A DNA stretch of 64,000 nucleotides from a virus: IMG/VR virus record IMGVR_UViG_3300009159_000033. One strand, 5' to 3'. Made by a program: the position numbers and the translations under genes. This document shows positions 44,503 to 54,191 of this stretch, in pieces (the first letter of the stretch is position 1; each line of letters starts with the position of its first letter). The notes beneath the pieces were generated by a model that was not told where the DNA came from, searched no databases, and saw only the letters and a list, made by a program, of their open reading frames with translations.

Positions 44503-45369
44503 ATGTATAACAACTGCGAAACAGATCAATGCCCGCCTTCCTGTGAAAATGTTTTTGATATGGTGCATGTCTCGTATTTAATACGAGGTGGCACCCATGT
44601 TATGTGGTCACTGCTCCCCACTTTTTTAGACCCCACCCCTTGGACTTTTCAATTACAAGTAGGTCATGGTGGCACTTCGACTGCGGATGACTGGGAGAAT
44701 GTTGGGCTTCCTCTCGTTAATGCCTGCTACGCAATTGATCCAGGGCAAGCAACCTACAGTGTTATAACTTTACCCGTTTATTATAGGGTTAAGCTAACCA
44801 CCTCTGTTGGAGTCTACTATTCCGATCCAGTTGCAAAAGCGGGTATTCTGTCTGTTAGAGACTGGAGAATAGCAAAAGAAATTGTGAGGAAAGAAAAGCT
44901 AAGGTTTAAACATATTTCACAAGATGGGTATTTGTTAAAGCGTAGAGCAATGGGAGATAATTGCCCCATATGTTCTGATTTTCAAACTTTAGAAGTTACC
45001 AACCCTTACTGCCCTCAATGCTGGGGAACCGGCAAAGAGTGCGGTTATTTTTATCCAGTTGGTTGCATTTGGGCTGACTTTTCTCCGCAATCACAGAACA
45101 TGAATATAGATGACCAAGGTATGCGAGGTACGATTCAAGACATTAAAGTATCCGCACGAATGCTAATGTTACCTTTAATTAGTGAACAGGATGTATGGGT
45201 CAATCGTAAAACAGATGACCGCTATTACATACAGTCTATTCAACACACTGCTGAGATAAGAGGCGTACCCTTAATTGCTAATGTAGAACTACGCCCTGCC
45301 CCATTTTCGGATGTGGTTTATAAAATTGCGATACCGCAGCAAGATGAATGGTTAGAATCCTTAACCTGA
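44503..45369 (+). CDS. Putative head-closure protein with a CxxC..CxxCxGTG zinc finger
   Basis: CPICSD..YCPQCWGTG; neck position. Confidence 0.45.
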   Translation: MYNNCETDQCPPSCENVFDMVHVSYLIRGGTHVMWSLLPTFLDPTPWTFQLQVGHGGTSTADDWENVGLPLVNACYAIDPGQATYSVITLPVYYRVKLTTSVGVYYSDPVAKAGILSVRDWRIAKEIVRKEKLRFKHISQDGYLLKRRAMGDNCPICSDFQTLEVTNPYCPQCWGTGKECGYFYPVGCIWADFSPQSQNMNIDDQGMRGTIQDIKVSARMLMLPLISEQDVWVNRKTDDRYYIQSIQHTAEIRGVPLIANVELRPAPFSDVVYKIAIPQQDEWLESLT

Positions 45370-45376
45370 GATACTT

Positions 45377-45646
45377 ATGCCATATATACCAAGATCAATA
45401 TCACCCAGCACTCCTGACTTTGGTAATGCACCCCGTGCCCCTTCTCGAGCAAGTGCAGAGAAGCCAGCTGTGCCTTATATTAAACCCGAGGTTGCTACCG
45501 ATAGAAAACCAAGCTCACTAATAGGTAGGCTGAGTATGCTGAAATTTGATGTTCCAGCAACTAAGATTTACAAACACATAACTAGTAAGGAGTTAGACAT
45601 CGATGAATACAGCAGAATGGTGTCCACCAAGCGTACCCCCTCCTGA
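45377..45646 (+). CDS. Small hypothetical protein
   Basis: 89-aa ORF overlapping the next gene. Confidence 0.5.
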   Translation: MPYIPRSISPSTPDFGNAPRAPSRASAEKPAVPYIKPEVATDRKPSSLIGRLSMLKFDVPATKIYKHITSKELDIDEYSRMVSTKRTPS

Positions 45647-46334
45647 GCGAGATGCTCAAAAAGTCCAGAGCACAGTTGATATTAGCTACTTATGTGACAA
45701 TGGGTGGCAGCCTTTACTTATCACCGGTTTTCTGCGTGATTTGTTAATTAGGCAATGGTCTAATCCTACAAACATTATTAGTCCAGAAATGAAACAATAT
45801 GTATGGAAAGAACAAGTCAACTCGGGTATACTCATCGAAAGTGTGTATCGTTATAGACCTGACCTTGTTGAAAAACGACCAGCTATAATGATAAAACGCA
45901 ATGCTTTTAAGGATACGCCCCTTGGTTTAGGCGGTGGGTTTATCTTTGGAGGCGGAGAAGCGGCATACGAAACCGAAAAGGGTGCGATTACTCGGCATGC
46001 AACAATGTTTGTTGGGTCGCATACTCTTTTCTGCATCCATGGAACGGGTGCTTCAACAGAGATTCTGGCTGCGGAGGTCCTAGGGCAACTGATTGCCTGC
46101 ATGTGGCCGATTCGCCAGAACCTTGGACTGAGAAACTTCTCGGTCACCGATGTAGGGGCTATTCAAGAACTTGAAGAGTCCACGGAAAATTATGTGATTC
46201 CTATAACTGTTGGATGGGCTTACGAGCACGTCTGGCAGCTTAAAAACGAATCACTGCCGATGCAAGGTTTTTCTTTCACTGGATCACTGGACGGGGGTCA
46301 AGTCAATCTAAGCTCTCGGTACCAAGGACCATAA
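45603..46334 (+). CDS. Putative tail terminator/completion protein
   Basis: Directly upstream of the sheath gene; size and beta-rich C-terminus fit. Confidence 0.45.
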   Translation: MNTAEWCPPSVPPPERDAQKVQSTVDISYLCDNGWQPLLITGFLRDLLIRQWSNPTNIISPEMKQYVWKEQVNSGILIESVYRYRPDLVEKRPAIMIKRNAFKDTPLGLGGGFIFGGGEAAYETEKGAITRHATMFVGSHTLFCIHGTGASTEILAAEVLGQLIACMWPIRQNLGLRNFSVTDVGAIQELEESTENYVIPITVGWAYEHVWQLKNESLPMQGFSFTGSLDGGQVNLSSRYQGP

Positions 46335-46365
46335 CTCTTATACATTCTTAGGCAGGAGGCCACTA

Positions 46366-49173
46366 ATGGCAACTTATGTTCTTCCGCAAGTTCTTGTTTT
46401 CCAAGATTTTACTATTCAACCCGCTGCAGCAGCTAACCCGCTGTCAGCACATATCTCTGGCGGTCATGCCAAACTCGTTCGTTACAGCGATGAAAACGAA
46501 AGAGAATTTGGTAACTTAGGCTTTTATGACGAAGGCACATCCGCTGCTTTCCCTTGGCCTGAGCGTCCAGCTGGTGCCGTGGTTGACGAAAGCTATACCA
46601 AACTATTTATCAAAGATGCTTTGTTAAAGTATTTTTCTGATCCAGCTACCAGCGGTTTCTACTTGGCAAAAGTACATAACTACCGTAACCGAATTCACTC
46701 AAGCTGTGTGAATTTTGTTTCCAGCGGTAGCTATGCACGCAATGCTGTGTTTGGCAACCGTGATGTAAAAATTGGTGATGTTATTCGAGTGCGTGGAGTT
46801 GCAGATGGTCCCGGAGCTACTGCTGATGTACTTACCTTATGGACTTATGTCCGTGGGTTTGTTGCAAATGTAGTTGCCTCTTCCATCGATACTCCAATCG
46901 CAGCCTCTACCAATAAAGCCACTCAAAGTGGTTCTTCCGTTGCAGTACGCACCACTGGTGTGGCTAACTCTATCACTATCACACCTTCTGGTACCTACAA
47001 TGGATTACCTTCCGGTGTAATCAACGAAGTCTACACTCTTACGGTTTTAGATGGTTCCATCGGTGGAGACTTGTCTACCGCACGTTTCCGTGTAACTTCT
47101 GCAAGTGGTACTGATAATCAGTCCTCCTTGTCAGTAGATGGTGCAACTGCAGTTGGAACACGTGGTTTGCTTGTAACTTTTGGTAGCACCGTTACTATCC
47201 CTTCTGCCGCAGCTTCTGCAGCAGCTGGCGTTAGCGATGTTGATATCCTTGAGGGGCAAGTGTTTACCATGACAGTTTCACAGACATTCGATGCTCCTAC
47301 ATCGACATCTTGCGGAACTTATGTAAGCAACTCAGACACCAATTATGTAGTAACAGTTACTAAAGGTGGTGCTTGGTCTGCTCATCCTGAGATTTCTGTT
47401 TCTACCACTGATGGTGTTGATCAAAGTGGCCCTTCCGTAATCGCTGACAACACCTGTCTTGCGATTGGAACTCGTGGTGTGTCATTCAAATTGACTAGCA
47501 CTGCAGGTTTACGCAAAGGCGACAAATTTTATGTTCAAGCCAATGGCACCAGCGATGGTCCAATTCGCACCATTATACTTGGGGATAATCTAGATCAGAC
47601 CTTTGGCGGTTGTGAAGAAGTTGGAGTTGATCTGTACATTCGCAAGCCACTTCTTGAAGTGACTGCAAATCGTACTGGTATGGCTCCTCTTACCAACTGG
47701 GAACAGTCTGATGTTGAGTTTACTGTAAAATCCGGAATTGTAGCTTACGATGCTGAAATCGGTACTGCTACACCTTTGGATGTCTACTCTTCTGCAGAAG
47801 CAGGCTATGGTGAACTGTATCTTGAATATCGTTGTTGGTTACCCGACTTGGCTGGCATGGTAAACAGCATTGCTGATGTAGGTAACATTGATGATATCTA
47901 TGGTTCTTTGACTCCTGACAATCCTCTTAAATGGGGCGTGTTCAAGGCTCTATCCAACAGCAATGGTACTCCTGTGCTTTACACCGCAGTTAACGATCCT
48001 AACAATGTTAACTACTGGGATGAAGTGCTAGAAGTGTTGTTAAGCCGAGATGATGCCTACAACTTGGTGCCATTGACCAACAACGCAACAGTACTTGACT
48101 TGTTCCAAGCTCATGTTAGTAGTTGCTCCTCCGCCTCCGAAGGACTTTGGCGAGTGCTTTGGGCAAACTTGCAAGGCATTCCTGAAGTTCCAATCGTGGC
48201 AGCTGGCTCTACCATACCTAACCATATGGAAGCAACCAGCATCGATGGGGAACTTGTTTTAGCTAGATTTGAAGCTGATCCCACTACTGTTGCAGTTGAT
48301 TACACCATTGTTTATGTTCCCGCAGGTAACGCTGGGTTCGAAAGAAATGGCGTAAGACCTGGTGACATCGTGCGTGGGTTGTACACTGGCGATGGCTTCG
48401 GCAACTACACCTACAGCGAATTTGTTGTAGATGAAGTTCAGTCTGAAGGTCAACTTCGAATTAAGACTGGTCCTGCTGTAGAACAGTTGGTCCCATCCAA
48501 AATCGAAGTTTGGCGCAATCTTTCTAACAGCGAAGAAGCTGTAGAAATCGCTAAGAGTGCAGGTGCTTATGGTGACCGACGTGTTAGAGCCACATGGCCT
48601 GACCGCATCGAATCATCGGGTACCATTCAATCAGGTTACTTTTTGAATGCAGCACTTGCTGGCTTGTCTTCTGCCGTGCTTCCACAACAAGGTTTGACCA
48701 ATGTGGAAATTTCTGGATTTTCCAGCACACAACGGACAAACGACAAGTTTAACAAGCCTCAGCGAGATATCTTAGCTCTTTCTGGTGTATGGGTTGTACA
48801 ACAGGATGCTGTTGGCCAAATTCATACTCGTCATGCTGTAACCACTGGTGACTACGCAGACATCAATCAGCGTGAAGAAATGCTTACTCGCAATGTGGAT
48901 AGCATTAGCTATCGCTTCAAGGATTACTTTGCTCCATTTATTGGTGTTACTAATGTAACCCCATCAATGGAAGATATTATCCTTGGTGGCATGGGCAAGC
49001 TAATTCGTACTTTGCGAATTGAGCGAACTACCCCCAATCTTGGTGGTCAGTTGATTAGCGCAACGGTTGAACGGTTCTTTGTTTCTGAATTGTTTAAAGA
49101 TCGTTATGTTGCTTACATTAACTTGGAAGTACCATACGCATTAAACAACATTGAATTACACCTTGTAGTTTAA
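46366..49173 (+). CDS. Contractile tail sheath protein
   Basis: 935 aa; sheath-type C-terminus TRNVDSISY..FIG..NVT..LEVPYALNNIELHLVV; followed by a terminator and the tube gene. Confidence 0.85.
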   Translation: MATYVLPQVLVFQDFTIQPAAAANPLSAHISGGHAKLVRYSDENEREFGNLGFYDEGTSAAFPWPERPAGAVVDESYTKLFIKDALLKYFSDPATSGFYLAKVHNYRNRIHSSCVNFVSSGSYARNAVFGNRDVKIGDVIRVRGVADGPGATADVLTLWTYVRGFVANVVASSIDTPIAASTNKATQSGSSVAVRTTGVANSITITPSGTYNGLPSGVINEVYTLTVLDGSIGGDLSTARFRVTSASGTDNQSSLSVDGATAVGTRGLLVTFGSTVTIPSAAASAAAGVSDVDILEGQVFTMTVSQTFDAPTSTSCGTYVSNSDTNYVVTVTKGGAWSAHPEISVSTTDGVDQSGPSVIADNTCLAIGTRGVSFKLTSTAGLRKGDKFYVQANGTSDGPIRTIILGDNLDQTFGGCEEVGVDLYIRKPLLEVTANRTGMAPLTNWEQSDVEFTVKSGIVAYDAEIGTATPLDVYSSAEAGYGELYLEYRCWLPDLAGMVNSIADVGNIDDIYGSLTPDNPLKWGVFKALSNSNGTPVLYTAVNDPNNVNYWDEVLEVLLSRDDAYNLVPLTNNATVLDLFQAHVSSCSSASEGLWRVLWANLQGIPEVPIVAAGSTIPNHMEATSIDGELVLARFEADPTTVAVDYTIVYVPAGNAGFERNGVRPGDIVRGLYTGDGFGNYTYSEFVVDEVQSEGQLRIKTGPAVEQLVPSKIEVWRNLSNSEEAVEIAKSAGAYGDRRVRATWPDRIESSGTIQSGYFLNAALAGLSSAVLPQQGLTNVEISGFSSTQRTNDKFNKPQRDILALSGVWVVQQDAVGQIHTRHAVTTGDYADINQREEMLTRNVDSISYRFKDYFAPFIGVTNVTPSMEDIILGGMGKLIRTLRIERTTPNLGGQLISATVERFFVSELFKDRYVAYINLEVPYALNNIELHLVV
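47726..47741. promoter_or_regulatory. 16-bp palindromic element, copy 9 (intragenic)
   Basis: TAAAATC-CG-GAATTGT. Confidence 0.45.
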
Positions 49174-49183
49174 TGTGGCCTTT

Positions 49184-49213
49184 ACTAGGGGGCCAGCCAG
49201 CCCCCTAGTTTTT
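49184..49213 (+). terminator. Intrinsic terminator after the sheath gene
   Basis: ACTAGGGGGC/GCCCCCTAGT stem plus T-run. Confidence 0.75.
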
Positions 49214-49274
49214 CCCTAGTGGCTAACCGCTATGAGTGGCTTTATAGCTTTATAATTTCAAGGAGTAATTTAAT

Positions 49275-49832
49275 ATGTCAGATATCTATCAAAGACAGAA
49301 GACGCAATTTGCTGGAGCTTTCGCATCGGATGTGGCTGCTCTTACATTTGCAGGTGCTACCACCGGACTAGGTATTGTGCAGAATGTTCAAATCTCATTT
49401 GCACAACAAGTCGCACGCATCTATGATGTTTCAAATGGTGGCTCCGCAGGTGGGCTAGGTGCGGGTACTGTTCCTGTGTTCTATGTGGGAGGTCGTACAC
49501 AAGGCCAAGGAACGATTGCTCGAATACTTGGACCACAGTCAGGAGCACTTTGCGATTTTTACCTAGCAATGGGTAATGTTTGTGCCCCCCAAGATTTGAC
49601 ATTCACCTTTGCGGGTGGCTGTGGTCTTACGGGCGTGGGAAAGCAAGATAAGCCTACTCCTCCTGTAGCACTTAAAAATGCTGTTGGTACTGGTACTTTT
49701 AACAAAGTGGCTTACACCATCTCGGGTGCGCTGATGACTAACATTGGCGTTACTGTAGGTTCGCAGGACATGCTTGTAAATGAAAATATTACACTCATGT
49801 TTGCAAACCTAGATTGTGCAGTCGCTAAGTAA
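49275..49832 (+). CDS. Tail tube protein
   Basis: 185 aa after the sheath; VQNVQISFAQQVARIYDV..GRTQGQGTIARILG. Confidence 0.75.
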   Translation: MSDIYQRQKTQFAGAFASDVAALTFAGATTGLGIVQNVQISFAQQVARIYDVSNGGSAGGLGAGTVPVFYVGGRTQGQGTIARILGPQSGALCDFYLAMGNVCAPQDLTFTFAGGCGLTGVGKQDKPTPPVALKNAVGTGTFNKVAYTISGALMTNIGVTVGSQDMLVNENITLMFANLDCAVAK

Positions 49833-49845
49833 ATTCCGGATTTTA
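49830..49845. promoter_or_regulatory. 16-bp palindromic element, copy 10 (begins at the stop codon; exact)
   Basis: TAAATTC-CG-GATTTTA. Confidence 0.65.
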
Positions 49846-49850
49846 AACCG

Positions 49851-49881
49851 ACTGGCTCAACTTCGGTTGGGCCAGTTTTTT
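49851..49881 (+). terminator. Intrinsic terminator with a cUUCGg tetraloop
   Basis: ACTGGCTCAAC-TTCG-GTTGGGCCAGT followed by a T-run. Confidence 0.85.
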
Positions 49882-49920
49882 GAGCTTTAAGCTCCAAACG
49901 CACCATAAGGTGAGACACAT

Positions 49921-52716
49921 ATGACATACAATGCAGGTTCTTCCGTTGATAATAAACCCGCAGTGTACAATGAAAAGTCCACGGGGGCTAATGCCGGAGA
50001 CCTTGGTTTACTTTCTGCAATCCAATCTAAAGTGGATGCAGCTTCTCCTTGGGATCAGTTACTAAATGGCGGGCAAGTCAGTGACCCCAAAAATAATGCA
50101 GCCAACTACACAACTCCTTTAAACTCCGACTCACCTTTGCGCGTTGGTCGTGTGATCTTAGCCCTTCCTTATGTTCACTGTTACAAAGTTCAATTAACTG
50201 GAAGGCAAGGCACTTGCATCGCAACTGCTGTCTCTAACCATTCTCGAACCCCGCTGGGGGTACGCTCAGGCGAAGTAATCCCACCTAATTCTAATGTGTT
50301 GATTTGGAAACCAGATACAGCTGAGCTAGCTTACATCTTAGCAATTATTCCTTCCCCTGTAATGCACGACGATTTTAATGCGTCAGATCATGTTCAGCAG
50401 GGTGGTAACTCTGGTGTCAAGAAGGTAGAAGCTTATCGCAATATTCCAAAATCAACGGCAATGGCTCATGGCTGGGTTTCCCAATCTTGTGGTAGGCCAA
50501 TGGATGGGACTATCGGTGAATATGTCCGCATGTCTGAAACAGGTATTGGGCTTCTAATTGATTCTTTTCAGACTTATCTACGAGTAAACGAAGCTTGTGG
50601 ACTGTGGTTAAACTACTTTGATAATTACACCAAATTAGCTGGCTTGTCTTTAAACATCATGTCGTATTGCACCCATAATATACAGCAGTACGATGAAGGT
50701 GAAAACTTATCTATGATTGGGCATGCAACCTATCCGTGGGAAGCCACAGGAATGTATGCACCACAGCAAAGATTCACTAAAACCAACAGCCCAGAAGATG
50801 TTCAGTTAGACAGAGAATTCCCATTTGGAACAGAAGAAGTACAAGACCAAAGCCAAACTCCAATCTATCGCTTAACGGATTACACTGGTTATCTAGGGCA
50901 AGGGTTTAACCGCACATTAATGAAACCAGCTAAGAATAGTGGCAAAAGATTAATGACGGAGGCAGAGGCAGATAAAGATGTAGGGTTATTCCAAGAACTA
51001 ATAGCACTAGATGGCAGTTATTCGGTAAGGTCTGCAAAACAGATTCTATTGGCCAAATACCCATTAATTCCCAACCCTAGGCGCAAGCGGTTAGCGGAAG
51101 ACGCTAAAGGTGATGATTATTTAGAAAGACCCGGTAAAGAGGAATACAAGTTTAGTGGAGTATATGGAGAGGGACCTGAGCACAAGGTTCGAGACTGGAA
51201 AGACCAAGATGTTTCTTTGCTTAAAAATATGCTACGACCCGCCGGCATTATGGATTTGCTTACACATCATTACAACTGGAAGTCTACTCATCCCTTTTCT
51301 TACCATAAAAGAGATTACGATTACCCAGAAGAAGGTGACAACAATAGCCCGCTAACAGAGATTCGTTTTTACCGTGGGAGAATGTCTACAGCCTATGTTG
51401 AAATTAGCCCTAAGGTTATGAGGATTGATAGCCGATACCAAAATGTAAACTACTACAACACCGCAGCATTTATCACAATTGCAGAGGATGGCAGCATTGT
51501 TCTTGGTGACGGATATGGTTCGCAGCTTCTGATGGGTGGCGGACAAATTAGATTGGAGGCTGGTGGTGACATAATGTTGATGTCAGGTTCTCGTGTAGTG
51601 ACATTAGCAAAAGAAGCAATAATTAGAGCTAAAGGCAGCGTAGATATTTCTTCAAATGAAAACGATGTTAGGATTAAAGCTGAGAATAATATGCAGCTGC
51701 TTGCCGGTAATTCTGGATCTGGTGGCATGCTTTTAGAATCTAAAGGGCAAGGGTCTTCACAACTGTATGAAGGGCTTATTGGAGAGGAGGTTATAGCATC
51801 TGGAATCACACTGCTTAGCCGAGGTGGTTCGGTTAATGCTATGTCAAAAACTGCCTACATTCGCACAGGGGTAGAAGAAGGTGATCCAGAAGGCAGCGGG
51901 GATTTCATCATAGACTGTGCTAATGGGCGATCACGTGTAGTGTGCTATGGTAAAGCGTTTGACTTTTTCTGCTCAGAAGGGGTGGGTATATGGCATTCGC
52001 CGGTAGGCCAAGGGGCTACCCAGATGTCTTCATCTCACTATTTTGGTCCTAGTTTTTCTAAGGTCCATGGTCCAACTGTTATGGATCGTAATGTGTGTAT
52101 CGTTCAAAGAGGTAATCTTGGTGTAGACGGCAGCGTATATGCTATAGGAGGCATGTACTGTCTTGAAAAAATGGCATGTTACAAAGCCATAGTTGGGGAT
52201 AGCGATGAAGAAAAATTTATACGAGATATTAATAAATTTATTAATGAATACGAGGTATTTTCTGAAAATGCTACCGACGCAGGAAACCCGATATTTCAAG
52301 GGTACTACCCTAACTATGCTTGGCTTCCTAAACAGCCGGGCGACAATAATTTACTAGGTAATCAAATTGGTTTTTCTTATAGGGATGAAGACAAAGCGGG
52401 CGGGACTTATGGTTATTCTACATTTTTTCTATTAGAAACTAGATGGCAGCAATTAGAGCGTATGGGTATGCTGCAGTCTGCTGGGGAGCATTGGGCTGAA
52501 AATCCAGTGTTGTACCAAGGTGAGGATTTATACCCATGGCCTGGTAAAGCTAACTGGGTATCTGGGGATAAATTTGTAAGGTATAGTGCCGAAGATAAGT
52601 TTAAATTGTTTGGAACTAGTGCAGCAAAGAGTCGGGAAGGTTACAAAGAAGACTACGAAGAACCTAATTTTCCTGACTGGAAACTAGAACCATGTGACGG
52701 AAATTATTCACTCTAA
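49921..52716 (+). CDS. Baseplate central spike/hub (gp5/VgrG-like)
   Basis: N-terminal OB-fold-like segment; beta-helix-like repeats ITIAEDGSIVL..IRLEAGGDIML..IRAKGSVDISS..RIKAENNMQL. Confidence 0.6.
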   Translation: MTYNAGSSVDNKPAVYNEKSTGANAGDLGLLSAIQSKVDAASPWDQLLNGGQVSDPKNNAANYTTPLNSDSPLRVGRVILALPYVHCYKVQLTGRQGTCIATAVSNHSRTPLGVRSGEVIPPNSNVLIWKPDTAELAYILAIIPSPVMHDDFNASDHVQQGGNSGVKKVEAYRNIPKSTAMAHGWVSQSCGRPMDGTIGEYVRMSETGIGLLIDSFQTYLRVNEACGLWLNYFDNYTKLAGLSLNIMSYCTHNIQQYDEGENLSMIGHATYPWEATGMYAPQQRFTKTNSPEDVQLDREFPFGTEEVQDQSQTPIYRLTDYTGYLGQGFNRTLMKPAKNSGKRLMTEAEADKDVGLFQELIALDGSYSVRSAKQILLAKYPLIPNPRRKRLAEDAKGDDYLERPGKEEYKFSGVYGEGPEHKVRDWKDQDVSLLKNMLRPAGIMDLLTHHYNWKSTHPFSYHKRDYDYPEEGDNNSPLTEIRFYRGRMSTAYVEISPKVMRIDSRYQNVNYYNTAAFITIAEDGSIVLGDGYGSQLLMGGGQIRLEAGGDIMLMSGSRVVTLAKEAIIRAKGSVDISSNENDVRIKAENNMQLLAGNSGSGGMLLESKGQGSSQLYEGLIGEEVIASGITLLSRGGSVNAMSKTAYIRTGVEEGDPEGSGDFIIDCANGRSRVVCYGKAFDFFCSEGVGIWHSPVGQGATQMSSSHYFGPSFSKVHGPTVMDRNVCIVQRGNLGVDGSVYAIGGMYCLEKMACYKAIVGDSDEEKFIRDINKFINEYEVFSENATDAGNPIFQGYYPNYAWLPKQPGDNNLLGNQIGFSYRDEDKAGGTYGYSTFFLLETRWQQLERMGMLQSAGEHWAENPVLYQGEDLYPWPGKANWVSGDKFVRYSAEDKFKLFGTSAAKSREGYKEDYEEPNFPDWKLEPCDGNYSL

Positions 52717-52725
52717 GGAGCAACG

Positions 52726-53682
52726 ATGATTGATTTGAGCAGAATTTCTGAAGATGAACGACAGCTATTAGAAGAAGTAGCTAAGGCTAAAGGCCAGACT
52801 TTAGAAGAGGCATTGATTTCTCTTGGGCATGTTCCACCACCTAAGCAAGATGTAAAGCTAAAAGATGTAAAGGTAGAATTCGTAGGGGTTAATGTTACAG
52901 AAGATACCGCTGAATCCCCTCCAATGGTTCTTGAGCCACCTTTGCAAGTACAAACAGAAACTAGTGCAGCTATTGAAGATGCAGTTCCCAGCTTACCTAG
53001 TGATTTTGCCATACCTGAACCGCCTATGGCAGCCGATACAGAACCAGAAGAAGATAAAACAGACGATGGACAATTAGGTTCTGCTCTGCATATTTGTCCT
53101 CAATGTGGCTGGGATTGTAACATGCCAGTTATTGAAGCTCCTAGCCACACAGATAAGCTTGGTTTTCTCCATATGCTGTTGGGACAAAAAGTATTTACCA
53201 AGCGTTACCTACTATACTCCGGTCATTTGCGCTTATCGTTACGATCATTAACACTGCGTGAAATCGATGTGCTATACCAAGAAACATTTAGGGCACAGAA
53301 GATGGGTGTTATAGCCACAGATCACGATTATTATGAATATTTAAATAGGCTTAGACTTTACCTCCAGCTTACTAGCCTATCTGCACAACAAAGTGCCTTA
53401 CACATTACATTACCAGATGGCTTAACTAAAGAAACGCACCCTACTGCAGAATCGTTCTGGGATGTTTTCTTAAAAGAAAAAGGTTATTACAAGGAAGAAA
53501 CAGACAATGGTCCAAGTCTTATAGACCAGATAAAAGACTATGTTCTTACCAATGTATTATGCACAGAGCATCTTCATCGTATAGTTTCAAATACTTGCAG
53601 CAAATTTAATCGTTTAGTTGTCAAGCTGGAGGTGTGCGTTGACGACCCAAATTTTATGAACGAGATCGAGCAGCCATCCTAA
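52726..53682 (+). CDS. Tail assembly chaperone (gpG-like) with a CxxC motif
   Basis: Lies two ORFs upstream of the tape measure; CPQCGW; slippery site near its end. Confidence 0.6.
   Translation: MIDLSRISEDERQLLEEVAKAKGQTLEEALISLGHVPPPKQDVKLKDVKVEFVGVNVTEDTAESPPMVLEPPLQVQTETSAAIEDAVPSLPSDFAIPEPPMAADTEPEEDKTDDGQLGSALHICPQCGWDCNMPVIEAPSHTDKLGFLHMLLGQKVFTKRYLLYSGHLRLSLRSLTLREIDVLYQETFRAQKMGVIATDHDYYEYLNRLRLYLQLTSLSAQQSALHITLPDGLTKETHPTAESFWDVFLKEKGYYKEETDNGPSLIDQIKDYVLTNVLCTEHLHRIVSNTCSKFNRLVVKLEVCVDDPNFMNEIEQPS
53646..53655 (+). other. Programmed -1 ribosomal frameshift site
   Basis: In-frame X-XXY-YYZ heptamers C-CCA-AAT and A-AAT-TTT overlap; the -1 frame is open from 53643 to 54191. Confidence 0.75.
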
Positions 53683-54191
53683 CTGTTCGGTCGGCATTGC
53701 AGGGAATAATCGACTACAGTAAGGCAGACTTACACAGTAATATGTGGTGGACTCGTTGGAAATACTTAATTCGAGCAATGGAAGAATCCTCTCGAGAAAA
53801 ACTTCTGCATCATGCCTATGAGTTTCAATTAGCATTAGTCTCTAGTTCAAAGCTTTCTTCCGAAGATTTCTCTAAGTTACAAAAAGAATGTAAAGAACTT
53901 TTTGCAGATTTAGAAGGAAGTTTGCGACCTTGGCTTGGTCGTTCTTCAGAAGATCGTCATACTAAGGATGTTGGAAGTTTTAAAGAACAGTGGAAAGCTT
54001 TAATGGGCTTTGACCCTGACGATTTAGAAGCTAAAGCAAAGTGGGAAAAGGAAGTAGGAGAAGCAGCAGAGTCCGTGACTAGCCGAGTGGTGGCGGCTCA
54101 AAATGAAGCGGCAGCACAGGAAGCTTCGTTTTACACCAAGTTAGAGAATATAAGGTTAAAGCGGCTTAGACAGCAAGGACGCATAAAATGA
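53652..54191 (+). CDS. gpT-like C-terminal part of the frameshifted tail chaperone (gpGT-like, ~488 aa in total)
   Basis: The listed ORF has only a TTG start (53697) with no clear RBS; the frame extends back to the slippery site (..PKFYERDRAAILTVRSALQG..). Confidence 0.65.
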   Translation, partial: FYERDRAAILTVRSALQGIIDYSKADLHSNMWWTRWKYLIRAMEESSREKLLHHAYEFQLALVSSSKLSSEDFSKLQKECKELFADLEGSLRPWLGRSSEDRHTKDVGSFKEQWKALMGFDPDDLEAKAKWEKEVGEAAESVTSRVVAAQNEAAAQEASFYTKLENIRLKRLRQQGRIK

